Origin: Candidatus Micrarchaeota archaeon
GTDB lineage: Archaea > Micrarchaeota > Micrarchaeia > Micrarchaeales > CABMGC01
DNA length: 38,797 nt
Reading direction: 5' to 3'
Assembly (NCBI GenBank): GCA_021801765.1
Contig: JAJYXO010000005.1
Span: 1 to 38,797, forward strand
The number at the start of each line of letters is the position of its first letter. The stretch's first letter is position 1. The position numbers and the translations under genes are program-made. Under the pieces are notes generated by a model that worked only from the letters and a program-made list of their open reading frames with translations, did no database searches and had not been told where the DNA came from. This document shows positions 7,961 to 16,549 of this stretch, one piece after another.

Positions 7961-8197
7961 ATGATAAGCGCAATAGTTACATCGCTCGATGAGCAAAGGC
8001 TCCTTGTTACGCCTTCAGAGAACGTCGAACTTCAGAATCTTTTGGGCAAAAAAGCACAATATCTGGACAAGACAGGAAAGGCATGGCCTGGAGTTGTGAC
8101 AGAGATAGAGGACCCGTTTCTAGTAATAAAATTTGAACCTTTCCCGACGGGCATAGGGCAAGGCCAGATAGTAGACATAATCGACGAACAAGAGTAA
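7961..8197 (+). CDS. Small beta-barrel-like protein, Gar1-like (tentative)
   Basis: 78 aa. LGKKAQYLDKTGKAWPGVVTEIEDPFLVIKFEP...GQGQIVDII loosely follows the archaeal Gar1 pattern (xGKxIGxVxDxxGPxxxPYxxVK). This is a weak call. Confidence 0.3.
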   Translation: MISAIVTSLDEQRLLVTPSENVELQNLLGKKAQYLDKTGKAWPGVVTEIEDPFLVIKFEPFPTGIGQGQIVDIIDEQE

Positions 8198-8201
8198 GGC
8201 G

Positions 8202-8960
8202 TCAGGCCTGCATCCTGCTCCTTATTATCCTGTCAAGCTTGCTTCCGAATTTCTCCTTTCTCCCGAATCTAACTACTCTGAGCTCCTTATCGGAGAGCCG
8301 CACGCGGAACCTGTCTCCCTTCCCAAGCACTCCGAGCTCCTTTCCATCGTATTTCAGCTTCCCTCTGTACTTAGCCACTTCTACCTCCAGCCTCTTTTTT
8401 GAATCCACTACTATCGGGTTCCTGTAAGGGCCGTCTACGTTCAGGAATGTAATGCAGAAGACATCAGGGCTTAGTATTATGGGCCCTCCTGCGGATTTGT
8501 TATACGCTGTAGATCCAACAAGGCCTGTTACCAGCATTCCATCACCGCTCATCACATAAGGATATATCTCATATCTTATATTCTTCTCTATTTCGTATAT
8601 CCTGAAGCTTACTTCCTCAAGGGCGTTGTTAAGCACTATCTCATTTATCGCGTAGTGCTTCTTTCCCTTGTACTCCACCTCTATCTTATTGCCAAGCTTC
8701 TCTATGGAATACCTTTTTTCCTTCAGGCTATCTACCATGTATCCGATCTCTTCAAGGCTGAGGTCTGCGTAATAGCCTATGCTGCTCTCATCTCCGCTTC
8801 TTATCGGGAGTATGGGACCGTCGAATTCCCTCGCGGCACGTATAAATGTTCCATCGCCCCCCACCGCTACGCATATTTCCCCTTTCCTGACCACGTCGAA
8901 TTCAGAGTAAAGCCTCTTTAGCTCAGGATAATCTCTCTTCTTTATCAGTGTTATCTTCAT
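8202..8960 (-). CDS. nadK: NAD kinase
   Basis: GGDGT motif (VAVGGDGTFIRAA), NE motif (AINEIVL) and GDGMLVTGLVGSTAYNKSAGGPI. I place the start at MKITLIKK (8960), 5 nt after the E3 stop. The track's 43-aa N-terminal extension overlaps the E3 gene. Confidence 0.9.
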   Translation of the reverse strand: MKITLIKKRDYPELKRLYSEFDVVRKGEICVAVGGDGTFIRAAREFDGPILPIRSGDESSIGYYADLSLEEIGYMVDSLKEKRYSIEKLGNKIEVEYKGKKHYAINEIVLNNALEEVSFRIYEIEKNIRYEIYPYVMSGDGMLVTGLVGSTAYNKSAGGPIILSPDVFCITFLNVDGPYRNPIVVDSKKRLEVEVAKYRGKLKYDGKELGVLGKGDRFRVRLSDKELRVVRFGRKEKFGSKLDRIIRSRMQA

Positions 8961-8964
8961 TTTG

Positions 8965-10341
8965 TCATTCCTTGCCTGACATTTTTCCGTAAAAGAAATG
9001 CACCGGTCTTCCCAATGCAGCCTCTGCGGCTTCCTGCATGAGCTCCCCGAATGTAGGGTGCGGATGAATGGTATCTGCAATGTCTTCAATTGATGCGCCC
9101 ATCTCTATGGCCAGAGCAGCCTCGGATATTAGTGCGTTGGCGTCTTCCGAAACTATCTCCACTCCCCTGACTATTCCATCTTCGTCTATGGCTATCTTGA
9201 TGAATCCTTCTGTCTTGCCTAATGCCACTGCCCTGCCAAGCCCGCTCAGCGGAAACTTCGTCACCTTTATTCCTTCTCCTTCCAACTCACCTGCCATAGC
9301 CATTTCAGGGTCTGAGAATATAACTGATGGTATAACCACATTGTCGAAAGCAGAGTTTATCCCAGACGCTACCTCAGCAGATATCACTCCCTGCCTTATC
9401 GATTTGTGTGCAAGCATCGGCTGGCCTATAACGTCGCCTACTGCAAGTATATTCTCATCGTCTGTCCTCAGCGATCCATCCACCTTTACAAATCCTTTGC
9501 TATCAAGCTTCACCTTGGTCTTCTCCAGGCCAAGGCCTTCGGTGTAAGGAGAGAGGCCCACTGCTACAACCAGCTTCTCTGCAGCCACAGACTCACCATT
9601 ATCCAATGAGAGCGACCCTGCTGCATATGAGGCAGGCTCAACGCCTATGTGTATCTCCACTCCAAGCTCCTTCATCCGCTTCTTAACCAGCGCAACTGCA
9701 TCCTTGTCGAACTTCGAGAGGACATCCGATCTTGCTATAATGTGGACTTTGCATCCTAGCTTAGCATAAAGCGTCGCCGTCTCAACAGCCACATATCCTG
9801 CGCCTATTATGGCCATGTTTGCCGGGATATAATCCAATGAGAGCGCCTGCTTATAATCGATTATATCTCCTCCGAATTCAAAGCCTTTCAGGCTGACAGG
9901 CTCCGAGCCTGTGGCTATTATCGCCTTCTTGAATGTTATCTCTGTTCCATCAGTCAGCATCAACCTCTCAGACGAAGCGAATGACGCCTCGCCTTTTATC
10001 ACCTCCACGCCATTTAATTTGCAGAGGGATCCTACTCCGCTCTCAAGCTTCTCTGATACGCTCATCCTCCATGCATGCATCTTCTTTGCATCCATAGAGA
10101 GTTTTCCTGAAATGCCGAATGCATCTGCATGCTGGGCGCTGTAAAAGAGATCTGCAATATGTATCAGCGTCTTGGAAGGTATGCAGGCATAATTGAGGCA
10201 GTGGCCTCCAAGCTTCTCTTTTTCTACAAGCACTACGCTCATCCCCAGCTGCGAAGCCCTTATTGCAGCTACATATCCTCCAACCCCTCCGCCTATTACT
10301 ACCAGATCTGCATTCTCCGGTAGTGACCCTACTACTCCCAT
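8965..10341 (-). CDS. lpdA: Dihydrolipoamide dehydrogenase (E3)
   Basis: FAD-binding GGGVGGYVAAIRASQLG, redox-active disulfide GGHCLNYACIPSK, and the interface domain HPHPTFGE. Confidence 0.95.
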   Translation of the reverse strand: MGVVGSLPENADLVVIGGGVGGYVAAIRASQLGMSVVLVEKEKLGGHCLNYACIPSKTLIHIADLFYSAQHADAFGISGKLSMDAKKMHAWRMSVSEKLESGVGSLCKLNGVEVIKGEASFASSERLMLTDGTEITFKKAIIATGSEPVSLKGFEFGGDIIDYKQALSLDYIPANMAIIGAGYVAVETATLYAKLGCKVHIIARSDVLSKFDKDAVALVKKRMKELGVEIHIGVEPASYAAGSLSLDNGESVAAEKLVVAVGLSPYTEGLGLEKTKVKLDSKGFVKVDGSLRTDDENILAVGDVIGQPMLAHKSIRQGVISAEVASGINSAFDNVVIPSVIFSDPEMAMAGELEGEGIKVTKFPLSGLGRAVALGKTEGFIKIAIDEDGIVRGVEIVSEDANALISEAALAIEMGASIEDIADTIHPHPTFGELMQEAAEAALGRPVHFFYGKMSGKE

Positions 10342-10342
10342 C

Positions 10343-11611
10343 TTATCCCAGCATCTCGAGGAAGTTTGGATCCTCGATGTACCTTATTACTGCGTTGCAG
10401 AAGAGCACTGCATCTGCCCCGTCAACTACGCGGTGGTCAAATGTCAGCGAAAGAGGCAGTATCTTACCTACTTTTACCATATCGCCCTGCACTACAGGCA
10501 TCTCCCTTACCAGGTGCACTCCAAGTATTGCTACCTCGGGATAGTTTATCATAGGCACAGAAAGGAACCCTCCTCCTAAACTGCCGATATTAGTTATAGT
10601 GAATGTGGAATCTCTCATCTCTTCTATGCTTATGGTCTGGTTCCTGACCTTGTCTCCAAGTTCCCTCACTTCCTTTGCTATCTGGCTGATGCTCTTCCTG
10701 TCGGCGTTCTTGATTACTATGACCTTCAGGCCATCAGGCGCCTCAGCTGCTAACCCTATGTTATAGTATTTCTTTTGTATTATCTCTCCCTTCTCATGGT
10801 CATAGCTCGCGTTGAATCTCGGGTACTCTTTCAGCGCCTCCACCACGGCTTTTATGATGAACGGTAGGAATGTGAGCTTTATGCCAAGCTTCTGCATCTT
10901 CTCCTTCTCTTTCTGCACCATTGAACTTAGGGATGTCGCATTTGCAATGTCCATATGCGACGCGCGCGGTATGGTCCAGGATAGCTCCATGTTCTTCGCT
11001 ATGGCTTTCCTTGTCTGCGAGAGAGGTATCCTCTCTATCTCCCCCGCGTGTTTCTCTTCAGTTACTTCTGAGAACTTAGGCATTGCAGAAGGATGTCCTG
11101 ATTTCATCGCATATGACCTTACATCGTTCTCCAGCACTCTTCCACTTGGCCCAGTTCCTGTTACTATTGATATGTCAATGTTGAGTTCTCTTGCGAGTTT
11201 ACGCACCGAAGGAGTTGCAAGCACTTCCTTTTGCTGTGTGGCTGATGCAGCAGCCTCAGGTTTTGAAGCTCTCTGAGTTTCAGGAGCTATGCCTGCAGCA
11301 ACGGCGTTTAGCTGAGATGCTGGCTGCTGTTTTTGAACAGCCTGTGGCGCTCCAGCCGCAGAGAGCTCCGCGGGTTCCCCGACGTATGCAAGCAAGTCCC
11401 CTACCTTGACGTTCTGATCCTCCTTGATTAGCAGTTTTATCGTTCCGGATATAGGCGATGGCACATTAACAACCGCCTTGTCAGTCTCTATCTGCGCAAG
11501 AGATTGGTCCTCCTTCACAGTATCGCCGTCCTTCACAAGCCATTTGTGCAGATGGCCTTCTGTTATTCCTTCCCCGATATCAACAAATTTTATCTCCTTC
11601 ATTCTTACCAC
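10343..11611 (-). CDS. Dihydrolipoamide acyltransferase (E2) with a single lipoyl domain
   Basis: Lipoyl-lysine motif IETDKAVV, an Ala/Pro linker, the E3-binding domain PSVRKLARELNIDISIVTGTGPSGRV, and the catalytic DHRVVDGA. Confidence 0.95.
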   Translation of the reverse strand: MVRMKEIKFVDIGEGITEGHLHKWLVKDGDTVKEDQSLAQIETDKAVVNVPSPISGTIKLLIKEDQNVKVGDLLAYVGEPAELSAAGAPQAVQKQQPASQLNAVAAGIAPETQRASKPEAAASATQQKEVLATPSVRKLARELNIDISIVTGTGPSGRVLENDVRSYAMKSGHPSAMPKFSEVTEEKHAGEIERIPLSQTRKAIAKNMELSWTIPRASHMDIANATSLSSMVQKEKEKMQKLGIKLTFLPFIIKAVVEALKEYPRFNASYDHEKGEIIQKKYYNIGLAAEAPDGLKVIVIKNADRKSISQIAKEVRELGDKVRNQTISIEEMRDSTFTITNIGSLGGGFLSVPMINYPEVAILGVHLVREMPVVQGDMVKVGKILPLSLTFDHRVVDGADAVLFCNAVIRYIEDPNFLEMLG

Positions 11612-12576
11612 TACTGGCCCAGTACCTTGTCTATGGCCTTTGATATTTTAATTTCATTTGGCAGATAGTATTTCTCGTATCCTGGAAACGGGTATGGGAA
11701 ACTGTCGGATCCTACCCTGACAACAGGCGCCTGAAGTTCGTATATGGCCTTGTCAGCTATCCTTGCAGCTATCTCTGCACCTACGCCAAAGCTTAGCGGC
11801 GCTTCGTGGACTATTACCACCTTGCCTGTCTTTTTTACGCTGGCTATTATTGTCTCCTCGTCAAGCGGGGAGATAGTCCTTACGTCTATTATATCCGCAT
11901 CGAGCTTTCTCTTTTCAACAATATCGCTCACAGGCTTTACCATAGTGCCGTAGGTTATTATTGTTATTGCATTCCCCTCCCTTATCTTGCTTGCCTTGCC
12001 TATTTCCACTTCGTACATCTCATCTGGTATCTCTTGCCTGAATAGCCTGTACAGCTTAGTAGGCTCAAGAAAGAGCACAGGGTCTTCCATCCTAGATGCC
12101 TTGATTAGCAGCCCTTTTGCATCATACGGGTTCGAAGGCTCTACTATAACTAATCCCCCTATATTTGCATATACTGCTTCGGGGCTCTCAGAATGATGCT
12201 CCAGCGTCCTTACCCCGCCGCTCACCGGAGTCCTTATTACCATAGGCACCTTAAAGCGGGATCTGCTCCTTGATCTATATCTTGCAGCATGGTTTACTAT
12301 CTGGCTAAATCCAAGGTACATGAACCCTGCAAACTGTATCTCTGGTATAGGATGCAGGCCGGCAAGCGCCATGCCCACTGCGCTTCCGATTATCCCAGAC
12401 TCTCCCAGTGGTGTATCTATTACCCTTGACTCGCCGAACTTATCCAGCAGGCCTTCAGTAACGCGGAAGACGCCACCGTCCTTTCCTATATCTTCTCCAA
12501 GCAGTACAGCATTCTTGTTCTCCTTCATTATTAGCTCTAGCGCATTGTTTATCGCTGCGACCATATTTGCTTGCAT
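11611..12576 (-). CDS. 2-oxoacid dehydrogenase E1 component, beta subunit
   Basis: 321 aa with transketolase-like pyrimidine-binding and C-terminal domains (GEDIGKDGGVFRVT..., DTPLGESGIIG...). It sits between E1alpha and E2. Confidence 0.9.
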   Translation of the reverse strand: MQANMVAAINNALELIMKENKNAVLLGEDIGKDGGVFRVTEGLLDKFGESRVIDTPLGESGIIGSAVGMALAGLHPIPEIQFAGFMYLGFSQIVNHAARYRSRSRSRFKVPMVIRTPVSGGVRTLEHHSESPEAVYANIGGLVIVEPSNPYDAKGLLIKASRMEDPVLFLEPTKLYRLFRQEIPDEMYEVEIGKASKIREGNAITIITYGTMVKPVSDIVEKRKLDADIIDVRTISPLDEETIIASVKKTGKVVIVHEAPLSFGVGAEIAARIADKAIYELQAPVVRVGSDSFPYPFPGYEKYYLPNEIKISKAIDKVLGQ

Positions 12577-12578
12577 TC

Positions 12579-13535
12579 CTATCCCTGCCAGAAATCAGAT
12601 GCCTTTGATTCTTCTAGCTCCGCGGAGAGTATCTCAGGCATAAAGCTGTATACATTGGTGAACATGCTCGTAGGGTCTGGTTTGAAGCTCTCTGCTTTCT
12701 CCACCCAGCTGTCTATAATCTTAGAGTTGCCCTCTTCAATCTCCTTATCAATTGCATCGCTGAGCAATCCTTTGCCTTCCAGATATGCCTTTACCCTGAG
12801 TATCGGGTCCTTCTTTGCCCACGCAGCTGTCTCCTCGTCGCTCCTGTATTTGGTTGGATCGTCAGATGTGGTATGCATGCCCATCCTATATGTCACGCAT
12901 TCTATAAGCGTAGGTCCGTCCCTTGCATTTGATATGGCTTCTCTAGTTGCTTTGTAGACTGCTACGACATCGTTGCCATCCACCTGCACGCCATTTATCC
13001 CAGCTGCGAAGGCTTTCTGCGCTAGCGTCTCAGCAGCGCTCTGTTTCTTCCTCGGCATTGAGATCGCCCACTGATTGTTCTGTATAATAGCTACGAGAGG
13101 CGCTTTCCAGACTCCTGCGAGATTGAGCGCTTCTGCAAAATCTCCCTCTGAAGTTCCTCCATCTCCAACATAAGCCACTACTGCAGAGTCGCTGCCTTTG
13201 TACTTCTGAGCATATGCAATCCCTGCAGCATGCGGCATCTGTGTGGAGACAGGCACTGCCATTGGCATGCCTCTAACATTCTCAGGCACTACGTTTCCTT
13301 CTTCGTATCCTATCCAGTAGAGCAGATAGAGATCCATTGGAAATCCTCGCGTCAAATATACTCCAGACTGCCTGAATGCAGGGACAAATATATCATTCGG
13401 CCTCATTGCAGAGGCTGAGCCTACCTGCGCAGCCTCTTCTCCAAATCCAGGCGCAAATGTCGCTGTCCTTCCCTGCCTCTGCAGGCTGAGTATCTTGTTG
13501 TCATAAGCCCTGGTTAGAACCATAAGCTTATACAT
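12579..13535 (-). CDS. 2-oxoacid dehydrogenase E1 component, alpha subunit (true start probably upstream, non-canonical)
   Basis: TPP motif GDGGTSEGDF...NN is present. The frame stays open upstream to 13682 and encodes an E1alpha-like N-terminus (ISYIQVIDEKGDVDSSLFPKDLKDEKIFE), but that stretch has no in-frame ATG, GTG or TTG. Confidence 0.9.
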   Translation of the reverse strand: MYKLMVLTRAYDNKILSLQRQGRTATFAPGFGEEAAQVGSASAMRPNDIFVPAFRQSGVYLTRGFPMDLYLLYWIGYEEGNVVPENVRGMPMAVPVSTQMPHAAGIAYAQKYKGSDSAVVAYVGDGGTSEGDFAEALNLAGVWKAPLVAIIQNNQWAISMPRKKQSAAETLAQKAFAAGINGVQVDGNDVVAVYKATREAISNARDGPTLIECVTYRMGMHTTSDDPTKYRSDEETAAWAKKDPILRVKAYLEGKGLLSDAIDKEIEEGNSKIIDSWVEKAESFKPDPTSMFTNVYSFMPEILSAELEESKASDFWQG

Positions 13536-13823
13536 CTCAAATATCTTCTCATCCTTCAGATCTTTTGGAAAAAGGGAACTGTCTACATCTCCCTTCTCAT
13601 CTATGACTTGGATATAACTTATTTTGCCGTTAAATGCTTCTGCGTGCAGCCCAACACCTATTTTACATATACTATAATTCTTTTATAGATTAGCACATTG
13701 CACCAATACTGGCCTAACATTTTTGACGCATTGAAAATAGCTACGTTATGCGGTGTTTTCTGAAAAACTGCAGAGAAGATATTAAAATGTTTACAGAGAT
13801 AAGATCCGTAGAGGGGAGATACA

Positions 13824-14579
13824 ATGGCAATAGCAGAACGCATGCAGCTTGGAGAAGGAAGGCACAAGGGCATATCCGATATCGCCCAACTTAGCAGAAA
13901 GGACATAATCTCGGACCTTGAGCGAGTTATAAGTGCGGAGTTGAGAAAGCTCCCAATAGGTGCACAAATCAGCGGCAGACTCGACGAATATATCTCCAGG
14001 CGGCTAGGCATATCTCAGATTGCGGTATGCTCGGAGAGAAAGAGGCTATCTGAAAAATACAATACCGACGCGCTGCTTTATGCATTCCACGAGGAATATG
14101 GCCTGTCATATGAAAGCATGATTGACGCAGCTTATATGCCTGCGCTCAACCATCTCGCCGAATACGTGAAACGCGACAAAGAGCTGATAAGCATAATGCG
14201 CGAAACAAGACAGCGGGGTATTTCTATCGCGGTGCTTTCAAACAGCAACTCAAAAGTTGCTGAGGCAATGCTAGATTCCATGGGAATATATGGCATGTTC
14301 GATGCCGTAGTAACAGTTGAATCATTCGGCGGTGCGCTGCGGCCAAAACCTTATGCAGAAGCATACTTGCTGGCTCTCAGAAAGATAGGCGCAGAGAACC
14401 CGCATAACGCTATATTTATAGATGACAAGGAATCCAATCTCGTCGAACCCAAGAGGTTAGGCATGACTACGATGCTTGCAGACACATCAGATGGCAAAGT
14501 TGCAACAGAGGCAGATTACATTGTAAAGGATTTTGCCGAATTGCTGCGATCTCTGAATTGCGCTGCGTTGCTCTGTTGA
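13824..14579 (+). CDS. HAD-superfamily-like protein with an atypical N-terminus
   Basis: HAD motif II (IAVLSNSN), motif III (RPKP) and motif IV (IFIDDKESN) are present. No DxDxT nucleophile motif is visible in the first 75 aa. Confidence 0.65.
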   Translation: MAIAERMQLGEGRHKGISDIAQLSRKDIISDLERVISAELRKLPIGAQISGRLDEYISRRLGISQIAVCSERKRLSEKYNTDALLYAFHEEYGLSYESMIDAAYMPALNHLAEYVKRDKELISIMRETRQRGISIAVLSNSNSKVAEAMLDSMGIYGMFDAVVTVESFGGALRPKPYAEAYLLALRKIGAENPHNAIFIDDKESNLVEPKRLGMTTMLADTSDGKVATEADYIVKDFAELLRSLNCAALLC

Positions 14580-14585
14580 CCTCTT

Positions 14586-16454
14586 TCAATGCATCCTGAT
14601 GGCATTCAGTATCACTGAGACATCTATCATCTCTTGGATCACTGCGCCTACTGCTGGGGGTATGCTACCTGACACAGCGGCAATAACCATCAGTACAATG
14701 CTGGCTCCAAGGCCAAAGTAGATGCTCTGCTTCGCTATCCTGAGCATGCGCTTGCCTATTCTTATCGCGTCTGCTATCTTGGTAACATCGTCTACTAAGA
14801 GCACTACATCTGCTGCCTCGGCGGATATCCCAGTTCCATGCGCTCCCATTGCAACTCCTACTGTGGCAGTTGCAAGTGCAGGCGCATCATTTATTCCATC
14901 TCCTACCATTATCGTACTTATGCCTCTCTTCGTCTCGTTTCCAACTATAGATACTTTATCCTTAGGCAAAAGGCTTGTCTTATAATTCTTTATTCCTGCA
15001 GCATCTGCTATAACCCTGGCATTCGCGAGGTTGTCTCCTGTAAGCATGGTGATGTTGCTTATGCCCATTGAGCCAAGGTCCTTAATCATTCCCTGCACCC
15101 CTTTTCTTAACTGGTCATGCATCATTATTATGCCCTCTAAATTCCCGCCTATGAATATGTAAGTGCAGAGCCTTCCTTCGGCATTCGCTCTGCCTATTAA
15201 TTCATCGTACTCTTTTGGGAAATCCTTTCCGTATACTGCTTCGTAAAGCTTTCTAGAACCAACCAGGATGCGCCTGCCCTTGATGTACCCTTCAACCCCT
15301 CTGGAAGGATGCTCTTTGAACTTAGACGGAGATTCAAGCTTAAGCGACTCCTGCTTTGCCTTCTGCACCACTGAGCTCGCAAAAGGATGCGCTGAGAGCT
15401 GCTCCACCGAGGCGCCAATGCGAAGCAGCTCCAGTTTCTTGTACTTGCCAGTAGGTATCACATTCGCTACCGAAGGCGTGCCATAAGTTAGCGTACCTGT
15501 CTTGTCGAAAAAGATGGACCTTGCATTTGCGATCTGCTCTATTGCCGCGCCGCTTTTTACTATTATACTCTCGTTAGCCGCCTTGTTTACGCCTGCTATC
15601 ACAGCTATTGGCACTGCTATTATCAACGGGCACGGAGTGGCTACAACTAGAACTGAAAGCACTGTAACTATCTTTCCTGTTATCAGATATCCTGCTCCTG
15701 CCAGCACCAATGTAATCGGGGTAAAGTAGATTGCGTATTTGTCTGCAAGCCTCTGTATGCCTGGTTTCCTCCTCTGAGCCTGCTTTACTATCTCCACAAT
15801 TTTTTCATACTCACTCTCCTTGCTTATCCTATTGGTTATTATCTCGAATGTTCCTGAGACATTTACGCTTCCGCTCAGCACCTTATCTCCCTTCCTTTTT
15901 GTTTTTGGCACAGGCTCTCCTGTGAGGGCAGACTCATCCACATATCCTTCATCGCTGATCACTGTTCCATCTACGGGTATGAGGTCGCCGCTACGTATCA
16001 CCAGAATGTCGCCTACTGCAACTTTTTTAACATCTATTTCCTCTATAGAGTCTCCGCTTTTCCTCCTGGCTAACTTGGGTGCTCTTTCCATCAGGCCTTT
16101 CAAGGAGATAGATGCCCTCTTGAAACCATAATCTTCAAGCGCCTCTCCGCCTGACTGCATTATGACTATTATAACTCCTGCAAAGCTCTGCCCAAGGAGT
16201 ATTGCAATAACTATTGCAAGCGTGGCTATTATATCCGAAGTAAAATTCTTTTTTAGCACTTTCCTTATTGTTTCAAAGATCAGCGGTGCGCCGCCTAGCA
16301 CCAGCGCAACGAACCATATCACATTCGCATACGCATGAAAGCCAAGAAGCAGTATAATTATCCCTGAGAAAAGCGCAGCAGCCGAAGCGAAAGGTATTGG
16401 ATATGTCTTCATCAACTTCCAATTCCATTTCATTCCTCTCTGCGCTGCAGCCAT
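14586..16454 (-). CDS. P1B-type heavy-metal-translocating P-type ATPase (PCP transmembrane motif, no N-terminal metal-binding domain)
   Basis: TGEP (LTGEPVP), phosphorylation site DKTGTLT, MLTGDN, hinge GDGINDAPAL, and the TM motif ATPCPLIIAVP. At 622 aa it has no CxxC HMA domain. Confidence 0.9.
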   Translation of the reverse strand: MAAAQRGMKWNWKLMKTYPIPFASAAALFSGIIILLLGFHAYANVIWFVALVLGGAPLIFETIRKVLKKNFTSDIIATLAIVIAILLGQSFAGVIIVIMQSGGEALEDYGFKRASISLKGLMERAPKLARRKSGDSIEEIDVKKVAVGDILVIRSGDLIPVDGTVISDEGYVDESALTGEPVPKTKRKGDKVLSGSVNVSGTFEIITNRISKESEYEKIVEIVKQAQRRKPGIQRLADKYAIYFTPITLVLAGAGYLITGKIVTVLSVLVVATPCPLIIAVPIAVIAGVNKAANESIIVKSGAAIEQIANARSIFFDKTGTLTYGTPSVANVIPTGKYKKLELLRIGASVEQLSAHPFASSVVQKAKQESLKLESPSKFKEHPSRGVEGYIKGRRILVGSRKLYEAVYGKDFPKEYDELIGRANAEGRLCTYIFIGGNLEGIIMMHDQLRKGVQGMIKDLGSMGISNITMLTGDNLANARVIADAAGIKNYKTSLLPKDKVSIVGNETKRGISTIMVGDGINDAPALATATVGVAMGAHGTGISAEAADVVLLVDDVTKIADAIRIGKRMLRIAKQSIYFGLGASIVLMVIAAVSGSIPPAVGAVIQEMIDVSVILNAIRMH

Positions 16455-16549
16455 CTAAATACCATTATTGATAAGGGCATAAGCAGCTATAAACAATTCG
16501 CAACCCGCAAGATATGATTCGGATGCTTGGCATTTGCATCTAGTCGCTT

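Noticed and set aside
8961-9089. 43-aa N-terminal extension of the NAD kinase ORF
   Set aside because: It overlaps the 3' end of lpdA and has no NAD kinase similarity. The internal MKITLIKK start sits 5 nt after the lpdA stop.
13658-14011. 117-aa minus-strand ORF spanning the E1alpha/HAD intergenic region
   Set aside because: It overlaps the HAD-like CDS start and the promoter region. It has no motifs and poor composition.
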